The notes: generated by a model not told the origin, from the letters alone. DNA of 64,000 nt from an uncultured Acidobacteriaceae bacterium (GCA_963719405.1 OY970381.1:3454163-3518162); one strand, 5' to 3'; shown: positions 30,058-40,517, counted from the first letter of the stretch. Program-made: numbers and translations.

Positions 30058-31483
30058 TTTCCAGTTTGCGCATTCGCATGATGATGGCGGTCGGCACGCT
30101 GGCGATAGCGGCCATCGTTGCTGTTGCCCTGACGGCACGCCAACGCACGCGAACCGAGTTTCGCCGATTTCGAGCACTGACGAAGATTGCGACTCCAGCA
30201 AATGGTGATGACGGTAGTGCAGCCAGAGTGGCCGCCGCTCTCGACAGGCATTGTTGCGACTCAGCATCTTTGAAGGCTGCTGCAGCCGCGCTATCTCCAA
30301 GAGACGTGTTTATCCTCGCGGACTCCCTCAATCGGATTATCGCGAAGTCCGGTAAGCCACTGGAAGGGGTGTCCGACGTTCGATTGTCTCCCACTGGCGG
30401 GGGAGTGACCATCTACCTGACCCAGAGCTTACACGGCAAAACCACTGTGCAAGCCACCTTGATGATCCATATGCAAGGTACGCCCATTAGCTACCACGTG
30501 GGTGAATCAGCGACTCTATACGTATTCCCGATACCAGATGGGGAGCTTGAACATCCCGACACGATCTTCCTGGATCGGTCGATCGCTCACTGCTGCTCGT
30601 CACCGGACTGGTCGCCGTGGCCGCCTTGCTTGCCACTTGGACACTGACCCAAAGGGTTGTCGGACCGGTCGAGGAACTTCGCAAGGCGGCGCGCGAGCTT
30701 GCCATGGGTAACTTAACCAGAAGGGTAAGCATTGCGGGTTCGGACGAAATTGCCGAGTTGAGCAAGAGCTTCAACGCGATGGCGTCAGAGCTCGAAAATC
30801 AGCAGCGGCTGCGGCGAAACCTTGTACACGACGTAGTGCATGAGCTGAGGACTCCGCTGACCGCTCTACGGTGTCGGCTCGATTCAATCTCCGATGGCAT
30901 CTCTAAAGACCCACGAAGCGAAATCGAAGGAGCTAACGACGAAATAGCTCACCTTACAAGTTTGGTTGAGGACTTACATGAAGTGGCGCTCGCTGAAGCG
31001 CGTGAATTGCGGCTGAACATTACCGTCGAACAACTCGAGCCGATCATGGCGTCAGCTATTCGCGCGGCGGGATTAGAAGGCGACTCTAGGCTCCACGTCA
31101 TGGTTGCGGCTGGTACGGCTCTTCAAGCTGATCCAGTGCGATTGCGCCAGGTCCTGCTGAACATACTTACTAACGCTTCGCGGCATACTCCGCCCGACGG
31201 AACTGTAACCCTTAATGCACGTGAAGTTGATAGTGAAGTGATCGTCGAAGTCCGTAATACAGGCAGTCAACTCAGTAGTTATGAGATAACGCACGTGTTC
31301 GACTGGTTTTATCGGGCGGACCCATCACGAGAACGGTCTACTGGCGGTACAGGCCTTGGCCTGGCAATCGTCAAGAACATTATTGAAGCGCACGGCGGAC
31401 GCGTATGGGCATCCAGCGATGATCGTGGAGTGTCCTTCGGTTTCGCAATGCCGTCAACAAACGAAAAAGCGAGGATCCTATGA
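30054..31483 (+). pseudogene. Sensor histidine kinase (TM-HAMP-HisKA-HATPase), frameshifted
   Basis: Track ORFs 30054..30647 and 30617..31483 are two halves. TM2 (SLLLVTGLVAVAALLATW) and HAMP are read in a frame that is -1 relative to the N-terminal half, and the switch lies around 30573-30590. H-box VHELRTPLT; G boxes NTGSQL and GTGLGLAIV. Confidence 0.8.
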
Positions 31484-31776
31484 CGAGAATTTCTATCGCT
31501 TCAGTCGGTCTGGGTGTTGTGCTTCTGTCGGCTCACGTGAAGGCTCAGGATGATCTCAACTCGGTGCTTGCGAAGGCCATGAAAGATAGTCCTGTGCCCG
31601 CAATGGCGGTCGTCAGAATTCAGCACGGCAAAATCACGGGGGAGGCGGTAAGGGGTGTTCGTTCAGTCGATGCGCCCGACATGGTGACAACAACGGACGT
31701 CTGGCATATCGGTTCTGATGGCAAAGCGATGACCGAACCGTTTCACGAAAAGTTCCGTTCCGGTACTACGTCATAA
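31480..31776 (+). pseudogene. N-terminal fragment of a second beta-lactamase-family serine hydrolase
   Basis: A signal peptide plus WHIGSDGKAMT (SxxK-type motif), then the frame ends after 98 aa, whereas the family is normally over 350 aa. It has an ATGA overlap with the kinase stop. Confidence 0.55.
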
Positions 31777-31921
31777 GAATGCTGGGCACAACATGTGGAT
31801 AGATGATCCTAATGCCTTCCGAGATGCGCTTAGAAAAGATCTCCATGGGTAGTCCCACGGTCACGCGCGCATCGCAGGTGTTCCACTCGTAGCAACCCCA
31901 TTCTTTGCGACAGGAGACAAA

Positions 31922-33739
31922 ATGCAATTTCGGTCAAGTCAGTTGTCACTGCGGCTGTTGTCAAGAACTGCCGTTTTTGTTGCCACGGTCGTGCCCGCTT
32001 TCGGCGGGAGCTCTTGCACTGCCGTCGCCGCGCGCTCGTCTCTGCCGGTTGGATACGGGTTTACGGTGGTTCCGGCGCCCCACGTTGCCAGTTTGCGAGA
32101 ACGCCTAGGAACTCAAGACGAGCTCTTCGCGCAGCAGTACAAGGACGACCTGCGTATCTCACCTGAAGGAGAAACCGCCGTCGGCGACTACCGCGACAAC
32201 GCTAAACTCGATGACTATTCCATCCGTGGCAGCGCTCGGCAGAACGCGGTTGATCGGGCGTACCTCGCTAAGATCAAAGCCATTCCCACGAATGATTTTC
32301 CGGAGCAGGACCGCATCTCCCACCAACTCTTCATCGCGCTACTGGAAGGTCGCATCGCCGATTATGAACTGAAGAATTACGAGATGCCCGTGACGCAGAT
32401 GAACGGCGTGCAGAACAGCCTTGCAGATCTACCGAACAGCGTTCCGCTGGATACCGTGCAGCACTACGAGGATTACGTCGCCCGGTTGCAACAGATTCCG
32501 CGCGTATTCCAGCAGACGATAGACGTGCTGCGTCAGGGAGAAAAGGATGGTCTAATGCCGCCGCGTGTGCTGCTGGAGCAGGTTCCGGCGCAGTGCCAGG
32601 GGGTCCTCACGGACAATTCGTTCTTGCAGCCGACGAAGAAGTTTCCAGGCTCCATTGGAGACGCCGACCAGAAGCGTTTGACGGCTGAGATCACGGAAGC
32701 GGTGAACACCAAAGTGCTGCCCGCCTACCGGCAATTCTCCGAGTTCATCATCAAAGAGTACGCCCCCCATGGCCGCACCACCCTCGGCTTGAGCAGCCTG
32801 CCTGACGGCGCGCGGCGCTACGAGCAGGCGATTAGGGAACAAACCTCAACCGCCATGAGTGCCAGAGACATTCACACGCTGGGATTGAGCGAGGTCGAGC
32901 GCATCACCGGCCTGCTTACAGAGCTAGCCCACAAGCAGGGCTATGCCGACCTCAGCAGCTTCCGGGCAGCTCTCAATAGCGATCCCAAGTACATTCCAAA
33001 GTCGGCGGACCAGATTCTGGAGGATTTCCGCGGGTATGTGACGAAGATGCAGCCAAAGCTACACGAGCTGTTTAATGCCTATCCTACGAAGCCGCTCACC
33101 GTGGAAGCCGTGCCGTCGTCCCAGCCGGGCAATGCCACCCATTATCTCGGCGGCACACCCAATGGATCCCGTCCGGCACGGGTAGTAGTCGCCACCTCCA
33201 ACTTCACGCAACGGAGGTTGCTGACCGACGAGACTATTGCGTATCACGAGGGTATTCCCGGACACCATCTGCAGATATCCACTCAGGAGCAATTGAAGGG
33301 GCTGCCAGAGTTTCGCCGGCATCTCTTCAGCGCGGCGTATGCGGAGGGCTGGGCCGTCTACGCGGAAGCTTTAGGCAAGGAGATCGGTTTCTTTCAAGAC
33401 CCCGGTTCCGATTACGGGCGGCTCAATACGGAGCTGATGCGGGCCGTGCGGCTGGTGGTTGATACCGGCATCCATGCGCAAGGTTGGAGCCGAGACGAGG
33501 CCGTCGCATACTTCAGGCGAACCGGAGCTGCGGACGAGCCCGTCCTTCAGGCCGAGGTGGACCGCTACGTCGCATGGCCCGCGCAGGGACTCAGCTACAA
33601 AATTGGCCAACTCAAGATTCTAGAGCTACGTGGCCGTGCTCAGCGAGAGCTGGGGTCTCGCTTCAACATCCGCGATTTTCATGGGGAGATATTGAGCGCC
33701 GGAAATCTGCCATTGGACATTTTAGATGTTCTACCCTGA
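31922..33739 (+). CDS. DUF885-family (putative metallopeptidase) protein
   Basis: 605 aa with the characteristic YHEGIPGHHLQ block and WAVYAE, and an N-terminal signal-like segment. Confidence 0.85.
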   Translation: MQFRSSQLSLRLLSRTAVFVATVVPAFGGSSCTAVAARSSLPVGYGFTVVPAPHVASLRERLGTQDELFAQQYKDDLRISPEGETAVGDYRDNAKLDDYSIRGSARQNAVDRAYLAKIKAIPTNDFPEQDRISHQLFIALLEGRIADYELKNYEMPVTQMNGVQNSLADLPNSVPLDTVQHYEDYVARLQQIPRVFQQTIDVLRQGEKDGLMPPRVLLEQVPAQCQGVLTDNSFLQPTKKFPGSIGDADQKRLTAEITEAVNTKVLPAYRQFSEFIIKEYAPHGRTTLGLSSLPDGARRYEQAIREQTSTAMSARDIHTLGLSEVERITGLLTELAHKQGYADLSSFRAALNSDPKYIPKSADQILEDFRGYVTKMQPKLHELFNAYPTKPLTVEAVPSSQPGNATHYLGGTPNGSRPARVVVATSNFTQRRLLTDETIAYHEGIPGHHLQISTQEQLKGLPEFRRHLFSAAYAEGWAVYAEALGKEIGFFQDPGSDYGRLNTELMRAVRLVVDTGIHAQGWSRDEAVAYFRRTGAADEPVLQAEVDRYVAWPAQGLSYKIGQLKILELRGRAQRELGSRFNIRDFHGEILSAGNLPLDILDVLP

Positions 33740-34135
33740 GTATTTCTTCAATGAGCCACGGATGTGGATGGGTAAGAAGGGAACGGTGACTGCCCTGCAC
33801 AAGGATATCCCGGACAGCTTCTCGTTCGCATACTTCAGTGCCAAAGAATGGCTCCTCTATCCGCCAGCCGATTTCCTTATCTCTCCATAATTCATCCGAA
33901 CCCGAATGCACTTCCAGAGTTCGCGGTCAGCATGGTTATCGTAAAGTCTCCGGATGCGACACGCTTCCCGGAGTTCTCGAAGGCTACACCGATCTCCATC
34001 ACGCAGCGTGCGGGTGATCTGCTCTATGTGCCCGCGGGGTGGAGTCATTTCGTGGAGAATCACGAAGACTGTCTGATGGTCAATTTCTGGTTAAGACGCG
34101 GGAGATCCCCTGCGGTGTTAGGCAGGGACCGATGA
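33738..34135 (+). pseudogene. JmjC/cupin_8-like fragment, 5'-truncated and frameshifted
   Basis: Frame a reads EYFFNEPRMWMGKKGTVTALHKDIPDSF...LLYPPADF and stops at 33888. Frame b continues FPYLSIIHPNPN...AGDLLYVPAGWSHFVENHEDCLMVNFW. It has no start and begins at the DUF885 stop codon. Confidence 0.6.
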
Positions 34136-34482
34136 CAGGGGTTCACTCCAGTATCCTGTCCCTGTTTCTTCACATGTGCCAGGGCTAAAGCTTATTTCTC
34201 GAAAAATCCACTTCTTCGTGTGGCGATTGCTGGCCATAAGCCGACTTATAAAGACTAATTGTTGCTACGGAACGCTTGAGAGCACACCCTTTCATCACGG
34301 CACTCTTGGTCGTTGCATGCGCAGATTTCATCCATGCACGAGGTCATAATCACCGCTAGACTGTTTGGAAGCCTCTCCGTTGGGAACGATGAGGGCGGTA
34401 TAGCCTTACAGGAGGAGCCTTGTTTCAACTTAGCGAGCAGTCCCTCCAGCGAGGCTTCGAAACGATCCAGCACCACGGGTAA

Positions 34483-35250
34483 AGTGATTTCTTCCCCTCG
34501 CCGCCAGAATGGGCTGCGGTCGAGGCGGGCTGGCAGGAGCTGAAACCCATGCTTGCGGAGCTTGACCTGCAGAAGAAGGCGCTGGCGGAACCCGCATGGC
34601 GACTGACGGCGGAACTCAACCTGATGATTCGAGGTTGGGCGATGTATCACCGATATGCGAAGAGCAAGCGCATCTTCAGCAGCGTCGATTGCGCCATCTT
34701 CAAAGCGCTCTGGCGTTGGGCTAGAAAGCGGCATTCACGAAAGGGAAAGCGCTGGGTCGCGCGAAAGTATTTCGCACGGCGCGGTGGCCGCTCGTGGTGT
34801 TTCTTCGGCGTGAACCGGAAGCGGGATGGAACCAAAGATATCGTGTGGCTGTTTCACGTAACGTCTTTGCCCTCCCACATGTACACCAAGGTAAAGCGCG
34901 CTGCTAACCCATATCACCCGGCATGGGAGATGTACTTCGAGGAGCGCGAAAGCAGATACATGGCCCAAACCCTCGTCGGCCGTGGAATCCTGCTCTACCT
35001 GTGGCGGACTCAGGGCGGAAAGTGCCCTGCGTGTGGTCTCCCGATCTCTCGGGAGACTGGGTGGCATAGCCACCACGTCGTCCCAAAGGTCCTCGGCGGG
35101 CACGACGGCGCGACGAACCGTCAGCTTCTACATCCAGAGTGTCATCGTCAAGTACACAGCCGACTCGGCCGTCTCCACCGCTGCGTCTCTCAAGAGGCGT
35201 TTGGAAGGCTTGAGCCGTGTGAGCTGGAAACTCTCACGCACGGTTCTTAG
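34483..35250 (+). pseudogene. Group II intron reverse transcriptase/maturase, C-terminal fragment (X/thumb + HNH endonuclease domains)
   Basis: AELNLMIRGWAMYHRY (maturase X-domain motif) and CPACGLPI...HHVVPKVLGGHDGATNRQLLHPECHRQVH (HNH). The frame is open only back to 34483, and no RT palm motifs are present. Confidence 0.8.
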
Positions 35251-35287
35251 AGGGGTGGTCGGCGGTAACGCCGACCGCCTACTCGAC
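35212..35287 (+). ncRNA. Group II intron domains V and VI
   Basis: DV is GAGCCGTGTGAGCTGGAAACTCTCACGCACGGTTC (35212-35246), with the AGC triad, a 9-bp lower helix, an AC bulge and a GAAA-containing loop. DVI is GAGGGGTGGTCGGCG-GTAA-CGCCGACCGCCT[A]CTC, with a bulged A 7 nt before the ...GAC end at 35287. Confidence 0.7.
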
Positions 35288-35289
35288 CC

Positions 35290-35719
35290 GAAAGCAGGGA
35301 AGCCGCCGAAGCAGCCCTACTCCTTCGAGCTGGCGAACGGAAACCTGATGGGTTTCGCAGGCCTCTGGGACGCCTAGAAGGACACGCAAGGGCACTGGCT
35401 CCAGTCCTTTGCCATCCTGACAACCGAAGCAAACGAGCTGATGGCGCCGATCCACCCTCGTATGCCGGTCGTCCTGCACTCACGCGACTACGACCGCTGG
35501 CTGGATCGGGAAGAGACGGAACGCCTTCCGCTGGACCTGCTGCGCCCTTACGGGTCGGAAGAGATGGAAGTGCAGGAAGCCAATCCGAAGGTGGGCAACA
35601 TTCGGAATAACGGGCCAGAGATGATGCGGGCAGCGGCGAGCTTCCGTTGTAGCGCTCCTGCTGCTCCGGGCTGTCACCATTGGTGGCATTCCGGGCGGCA
35701 GCCGGAGCAGGTAGCCTGA
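35290..35719 (+). pseudogene. SOS-response-associated peptidase (SRAP/YedK family), 5'-truncated with an in-frame TAG
   Basis: KQPYSFELANGNLMGFAGLWDA*KDTQGHWLQSFAILTTEANELMAPIHPRMPVVLHSRDYDRWL. The catalytic N-terminus (MCGR..) is missing. TAG at 35375-35377 replaces the Trp seen in the paralog at 44.6 kb. Confidence 0.75.
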
Positions 35720-35723
35720 CCTG

Positions 35724-36251
35724 ATGGGAAGCGTGACCTACGCTCTCGTTGCTCTTGTGCTGACCGCCGCTTCTGTCGGGGCGCAGACAGAAACTCATCT
35801 CTACTCGCCTGGGACAAATCTGGAACGAAGCGAACTGGCCCAGCTCGAGGCCGCGGCGCACAGTGTCGATGTGGCGATGTACAGCTTCACGGACCGGGAG
35901 CTCGCCGAAGAGCTGGCGACACTCGCTCGCAAGGGTGTGCGGGTTCGTGTCTACCGTGACCGCGAACAGTTCACCCAGGAGATGCAGTTGGGTGGTGTCA
36001 CCACCACGAGCATTCTGCTGGCGGGGGGTGTAGAGGTTCGGGTGAAAGGTGCGAGAGACCTCATGCACCTGAAGAGCTACGCCATCGACGGGCGTCTCCT
36101 GCGATCTGGCTCAGCCAACTGGTCGCCTACGGGACTCAAACGCCAGGACAACGATGTGCTGTACGAGGTCTTGCCAGAGGCCGTGGGATGGTTTGAGGCC
36201 AAGTTTGAGGAGATGTGGGCCAAACCCACGAACACCGCTCCTGCAATCTAG
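35724..36251 (+). CDS. Secreted single-HKD phospholipase-D-family endonuclease (Nuc-like)
   Basis: Signal peptide MGSVTYALVALVLTAASVGAQT and HKD motif LMHLKSYAIDGRLLRSGSANWS; 175 aa. Confidence 0.85.
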   Translation: MGSVTYALVALVLTAASVGAQTETHLYSPGTNLERSELAQLEAAAHSVDVAMYSFTDRELAEELATLARKGVRVRVYRDREQFTQEMQLGGVTTTSILLAGGVEVRVKGARDLMHLKSYAIDGRLLRSGSANWSPTGLKRQDNDVLYEVLPEAVGWFEAKFEEMWAKPTNTAPAI

Positions 36252-36376
36252 CTTTCTACCTTGCCAGCTTTCTACCTCGCCAGCACACTACAATACGGGA
36301 CCCTCCCTCAACGTCCACCCAGCGCGTTGGTAAGCTCTACGAACGGCAGCTTCTGCAAAGGCGAGAAGCAAGTCTT

Positions 36377-36406
36377 GTATCCCGCCTGACTAGTTAGGCG
36401 GGATAC
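36377..36406. terminator. Stem-loop between convergent nuc-like and hydrolase genes
   Basis: GTATCCCGCC (36377-36386) pairs with GGCGGGATAC (36397-36406) across a 10-nt loop. Confidence 0.5.
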
Positions 36407-36446
36407 GTGTCGCAACGATCGGTCGGTCAAGCGGTCGGTCAGTGAA

Positions 36447-37271
36447 TCAACTCTTCAAGAATGCGAGAAGATCCGCGTTGATCCTTTCCGCGTGTGTGGT
36501 GGGCATACCGTGCGGGTAATCCTTGTAAGTGATGAGTTTCCCGTTCTGCAGCAGCTCTGCTGATTTCGGCCCCGCCGCGACATACGGAACGATCTGATCG
36601 TCTTCACTGTGCATCACCAGCACGGGAATGCTGATCTTCTTCAGATCTTCCGTGAAGTCTGTCTGCGAGAACGCCACAATCCCGTCGTAGTGTGCTTTTG
36701 CGCCGCCGATCATCCCCTGGCGCCACCAGTTTCCGATGACAGCTTCCGACGGCTTGGCGCCGGGCCTGTTGAAGCCGTAGAAAGGCCCTTCGGGCAGATC
36801 GCGATAGAACTTCGACCGGCTGGCTGCAAGCTGCGCCTGCAGATCATCAAACACTGACTTGGGCAGGCCTTCCGGATTCGCTTCGGTCTTCAGCATCAAT
36901 GGCGGAACGGCACTGATGATTGCAGCTTTGACCACATCCTGTTGGCCACGCCGAGCCAGGTAACGCACCACCTCACCGCCGCCAGTCGAGTGCCCCACGT
37001 GGATGGCGTCTTTCAAGTTGAGATGTGCCGTAAGTGCTGCCAGGTCATCCGCGTAGTGATCCAAGTCGTGCCCATCCCCTACTTGTGTGGAGCGCCCATG
37101 TCCTCGTCGGTCATGCGCGATCACTCGATAACCTTGACTAAGGAAGAACAGCATCTGGTTGTCCCAGTCGTCAGAGGAAAGCGGCCACCCATGGCTAAAT
37201 ACGATTGGCTGGCCGGAACCCCAGTCCTTGTAAAAGATGTCGACTCCGTCTTTCGTTGATACGTATGGCAT
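36447..37271 (-). CDS. Alpha/beta hydrolase (non-heme chloroperoxidase/arylesterase-like)
   Basis: MPYVSTKDGVDIFYKDWGSGQPIVFSHGWPLSSDDWDNQ..., nucleophile elbow GHSTGG. The start is set at the internal ATG 37271. Confidence 0.85.
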   Translation of the reverse strand: MPYVSTKDGVDIFYKDWGSGQPIVFSHGWPLSSDDWDNQMLFFLSQGYRVIAHDRRGHGRSTQVGDGHDLDHYADDLAALTAHLNLKDAIHVGHSTGGGEVVRYLARRGQQDVVKAAIISAVPPLMLKTEANPEGLPKSVFDDLQAQLAASRSKFYRDLPEGPFYGFNRPGAKPSEAVIGNWWRQGMIGGAKAHYDGIVAFSQTDFTEDLKKISIPVLVMHSEDDQIVPYVAAGPKSAELLQNGKLITYKDYPHGMPTTHAERINADLLAFLKS

Positions 37272-37431
37272 AAAGGCTCCTTGAGGATAGGTTCGCGGGA
37301 ATGAGATCATTCCCAGATTTCTTTGGCCCGGTGATTTCTACTGCCATGTTCGAGGCGGTTCGACAACTTGCCGCCTTGTACGTCAGCTGCTCAGGAGCTA
37401 CTTGCGTAGCGTCTGTCTCCTGAGAAAACGC

Positions 37432-38391
37432 CTAGACACCCTGGTATACAAGGGCGACGAAGTCACTTCTGCTCTGGAAGAGGTTACCCCACACCTCGTC
37501 GTATCGTGCGCCGGGCTTCGCCGCCACCGTTTCGGACAAAGACCTTCCCTGCTTTTTGAGGGCTGCAACCTTATCGCGGATGTCGACCATTACATCTCGA
37601 AAAAGCACCAAATCAGCTTTGGTGCCCACAGGCCCATGCCCGGGAATTACGATCGTCTTATCCGTGACCATTGCAACATTTGCCTCTGCCGCGCGTATCT
37701 GCCCGTCGATACTCCCCCCTGTCCAATAGTCAATGAATGGGTAATCGCGGTTCCAGAAGGTGTCTCCGGTGTGGAGAATGTCCGCCTCTACAAAGTGGAC
37801 CGAAGTGTCAGAGTCCGTATGGGCGGGCTGGTAATGCTTAAGCATCAGCGTGGTGTTGTTGGTGTGAAGCGTGTGCTCTTCACTGAAGACGGTGGAGGGA
37901 AGCGCGGTGGAAGGTGAAGCCGGGAACGTGTAGTTGAAGTTCCCTCCGACCCGCGTGTCCCTTGAAAGATGTTTGAGTGTGTTCTCGTGAGCGAGGATAC
38001 TACCTCCCGCCCGATGAACCCACTCATTGCCTCCGGCATGGTCGAAGTGCCAATGGGTATTGATCAGCTGCTTGATAGGATCCGCGTTGATGCTCGCGAG
38101 AGCTTCCATAACGTGGGGACGTGCAGTTACGATCTCCGCGTCCACCATGAGCTTTCCGTCAGGACCGGTAAGGACTGCAATGTTTCCGCCCGGACCAAGG
38201 AGCACACTGATGTTGCGCCGGAGGCTCTGAACGGTAATCTTCGCCACTGTCGCCTCTTTGAAGGCTCCCGGAACGATGCTTTGTGTCTCGGCTGTCAGAT
38301 AGCCTGGAGAGAAGCAGGCCGCCGCAATCGTCAGGGCACCATTAGAGAGGAACTGACGGCGTGAGATGTCAATCGAAGCCACGGTATTCAT
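37432..38391 (-). CDS. MBL-fold metallo-hydrolase with a TAT-type signal
   Basis: SRRQFLSNGALTIAAA (twin-arginine signal) and HWHFDHAGGN (HxHxDH). Confidence 0.85.
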   Translation of the reverse strand: MNTVASIDISRRQFLSNGALTIAAACFSPGYLTAETQSIVPGAFKEATVAKITVQSLRRNISVLLGPGGNIAVLTGPDGKLMVDAEIVTARPHVMEALASINADPIKQLINTHWHFDHAGGNEWVHRAGGSILAHENTLKHLSRDTRVGGNFNYTFPASPSTALPSTVFSEEHTLHTNNTTLMLKHYQPAHTDSDTSVHFVEADILHTGDTFWNRDYPFIDYWTGGSIDGQIRAAEANVAMVTDKTIVIPGHGPVGTKADLVLFRDVMVDIRDKVAALKKQGRSLSETVAAKPGARYDEVWGNLFQSRSDFVALVYQGV

Positions 38392-38487
38392 TCAAAACTC
38401 TCCTGTCAGGGTTGTCGGTCAAAGCTAGGCGCAAACCGTTGATGTGAACGTCGCTCCCTACTCTCCGGAACACGGATTTGCATCTCT

Positions 38488-39240
38488 CTACACCTGTACG
38501 GAACCGCCATCGACGAACAACTCGACGCCCGCGACGAAGCTCGCGTCATCCGATGCGAGAAAGACTGCGACTTTGGCGATCTCGTCCGGTTGCCCGAGCC
38601 TTCCCAAGGGAACGGTCGAAGCAAGGTAGTCGTAGAGGCCTTGTTTCTGCTCCTCCGTTTCGGCAAGTCCACTCAGCCCCGGAGTGTCAATGGGGCCGGG
38701 ACTCACGACGTTCACGCGAATCTTCCGGTCTTTCAGGTCTGTGGTCCAGCCTCTCGCGAAGGAACGTACTGCCGCTTTTGTGGCTGAGTAGACACTGAAG
38801 GCCGGGCCGCCTTTTACAGAAACCTGTGACGCGTTCAGAACGATGGCGCTGCCGTCCGGCATAAGCGGGAGAGCTTTCTGGACAGTGAACAACACGCCCT
38901 TCACATTGACGTTGAAGGTGTCGTCGAAGTGCTGCTCTGTGATGGAACCTAGCGGCGCTGTAGAGCCGCCTCCCGCATTCACGAACAGGACATCCAACCG
39001 GCCTTTATCTCTCTTGAGCTGTTCGTAGAGTGCATCAAGGTCGGCTAGCTTGGTGGCGTCAGCCCGAATCCCGATAACCTGCCGGCCGATCTCATGAACG
39101 GCCGCGTCCAGTTCCGCCTGTCGCCGGCCAGTGATGAAGACGAAGGCACCCTCCTGAACAAAACGCTTTGCCGTCGCAAGTCCGATTCCGGAGCTTCCGC
39201 CAGTCACAAGCGCGATCTTTCCATCGAGCTTTCCTGCCAT
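38488..39240 (-). CDS. SDR-family oxidoreductase
   Basis: [27 protein letters not shown] (TGxxxGxG) and a YSATKAA catalytic block. The start is set at ATG 39240 rather than the track start 39417. Confidence 0.88.
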   Translation of the reverse strand: MAGKLDGKIALVTGGSSGIGLATAKRFVQEGAFVFITGRRQAELDAAVHEIGRQVIGIRADATKLADLDALYEQLKRDKGRLDVLFVNAGGGSTAPLGSITEQHFDDTFNVNVKGVLFTVQKALPLMPDGSAIVLNASQVSVKGGPAFSVYSATKAAVRSFARGWTTDLKDRKIRVNVVSPGPIDTPGLSGLAETEEQKQGLYDYLASTVPLGRLGQPDEIAKVAVFLASDDASFVAGVELFVDGGSVQV

Positions 39241-39438
39241 AGTGCCTCCTGGTCGTTCCGCTTCGCCGAAACTTTGTCGGTTCGCTGTCTCAAGACATTG
39301 TTCCCACGGTGTACCTCGTATGCGCCTGCAAAGCCCGCTTGAACGCAGAGCCTGACACCGTGTTGCAACGTGATCATGTACGCTGAGCTCACACCGGAAT
39401 GCACTCAGAGTACCCAAGGTTTACCTAGGAGTATCTGA

Positions 39439-40299
39439 ATGGATCGACTCTCGATCTTCTTTTCACACTTCACTCTGTCCGCGAGGGTCTTTCTTGCAGG
39501 GACGCTTTGCGGTACGTCAAGCGATCATGCGACAGAGACGGCAGGACACCTTCATCTTCTCCGTCGCGGTAAGTTGACGATCTTCGAAGCTGGTGAGCCT
39601 CCTGTTGAGGTCGAGGGACCATGTGTTCTGCTTTATATCCGCCCTGGAGAGCACCTTTTCCACTCCGATGGTGCGGACATCGTATGTGCCTTTGTGGAGT
39701 TCGGGGCTGGAATGCTCAACCCACTCGCGTCCGCCCTGCCAAAGCGTTTGGTCGTTCCGCTCACCGCCGATTCCAGCCTTGTTCCCGTAGCAGAGTGTCT
39801 GTTTGCGGAGGCATTCGGGAAAAGAGACGGTCGCCAGGTAGCCGTTGACCGCCTGGCGGAGGTCTTCCTGGTGCTGCTGCTTCGCTTCGCCATTGACTCC
39901 CATGCGATGCATAGCGGCATACTCACTGCTCTTGCCGATCATCACCTTTCGAGGGTCCTTGAGACGCTCCAACGCGAGCCTGAGAAGACCTGGACTCTGG
40001 AGGAATTGGCACACCTAGGTGGGATGTCCCGGGCACGCTTTGCAGCCCATTTCTTGCGCATCATGGGCCAGACTCCCTTCGAATACCTGACCTGTTGGCG
40101 CATCGGTGTCGCGCAATCGCTCCTCAAAAAAGGAGAGCCACTGAAGATGGTAGCGCCTGCAGTTGGATACAGCAGCACAGGAGCGCTTACTCGAACCTTT
40201 ACTCAGATCGTCGGTAAGCCGCCCATGTTGTGGTTGGCCGCACAAAGACCGAAGGACAGCGGAAAGTCGGTCTGTTACTCCGTCTCTCCTCCAGAGTGA
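39439..40299 (+). CDS. AraC-family transcriptional regulator (cupin + HTH)
   Basis: C-terminal ELAHLGGMSRARFAAHFLRIMGQTPFEYLTCWRIGVAQSLL...VGYSSTGALTRTF. It is divergent from the SDR gene. Confidence 0.85.
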   Translation: MDRLSIFFSHFTLSARVFLAGTLCGTSSDHATETAGHLHLLRRGKLTIFEAGEPPVEVEGPCVLLYIRPGEHLFHSDGADIVCAFVEFGAGMLNPLASALPKRLVVPLTADSSLVPVAECLFAEAFGKRDGRQVAVDRLAEVFLVLLLRFAIDSHAMHSGILTALADHHLSRVLETLQREPEKTWTLEELAHLGGMSRARFAAHFLRIMGQTPFEYLTCWRIGVAQSLLKKGEPLKMVAPAVGYSSTGALTRTFTQIVGKPPMLWLAAQRPKDSGKSVCYSVSPPE

Positions 40300-40517
40300 G
40301 ACGGCCTGTGAAGATCCTGGTACTGGTAGTGACTGCTCTCTCCGTGATTAAGGCAACGATGGGGCAGTAGGGGATGGTGTTCTGCTGTTGTGTTCAACGG
40401 TTCTGATTTCCGCAACCGCCGTGCGGAGTCTTATCTGGGCCGCTGCGCTCCCGTGCCAGAGGGCACAGCAGAAAAGCATCGCTCGAACAAATCCACTGAG
40501 GTCAAGAAAGCACAAAG

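Larger units (their letters stand above)
34483..35287 (+). mobile_element. Group II intron, 3' portion only (5'-truncated)
   Basis: It contains the maturase/HNH part of the intron-encoded protein plus recognisable domains V and VI. RT domains and intron domains I-III are absent upstream. Confidence 0.8.
35290..36251 (+). repeat. Module copy A: SRAP remnant + Nuc-like PLD gene
   Basis: It is collinear with 44560..45509, and the proteins align end to end (e.g. IHPRMPV(V/I)LH(S/T)RDYDRWLDREETERLP; HLYSPGTNLERSELAQLE vs HVYSPGTNLEQSELAQLE). Confidence 0.8.

Noticed and set aside
34481-34734. 5' part of the minus-strand ORF 34255..34734
   Set aside because: It is antisense to the group II intron maturase frame. 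Only the 3' portion (34255-34480) looks like a genuine, unidentified gene remnant.
35247-36068. 273-aa minus-strand ORF
   Set aside because: It is antisense to the SRAP remnant and the HKD-motif nuclease gene, with Arg/Pro/Ser-rich composition.
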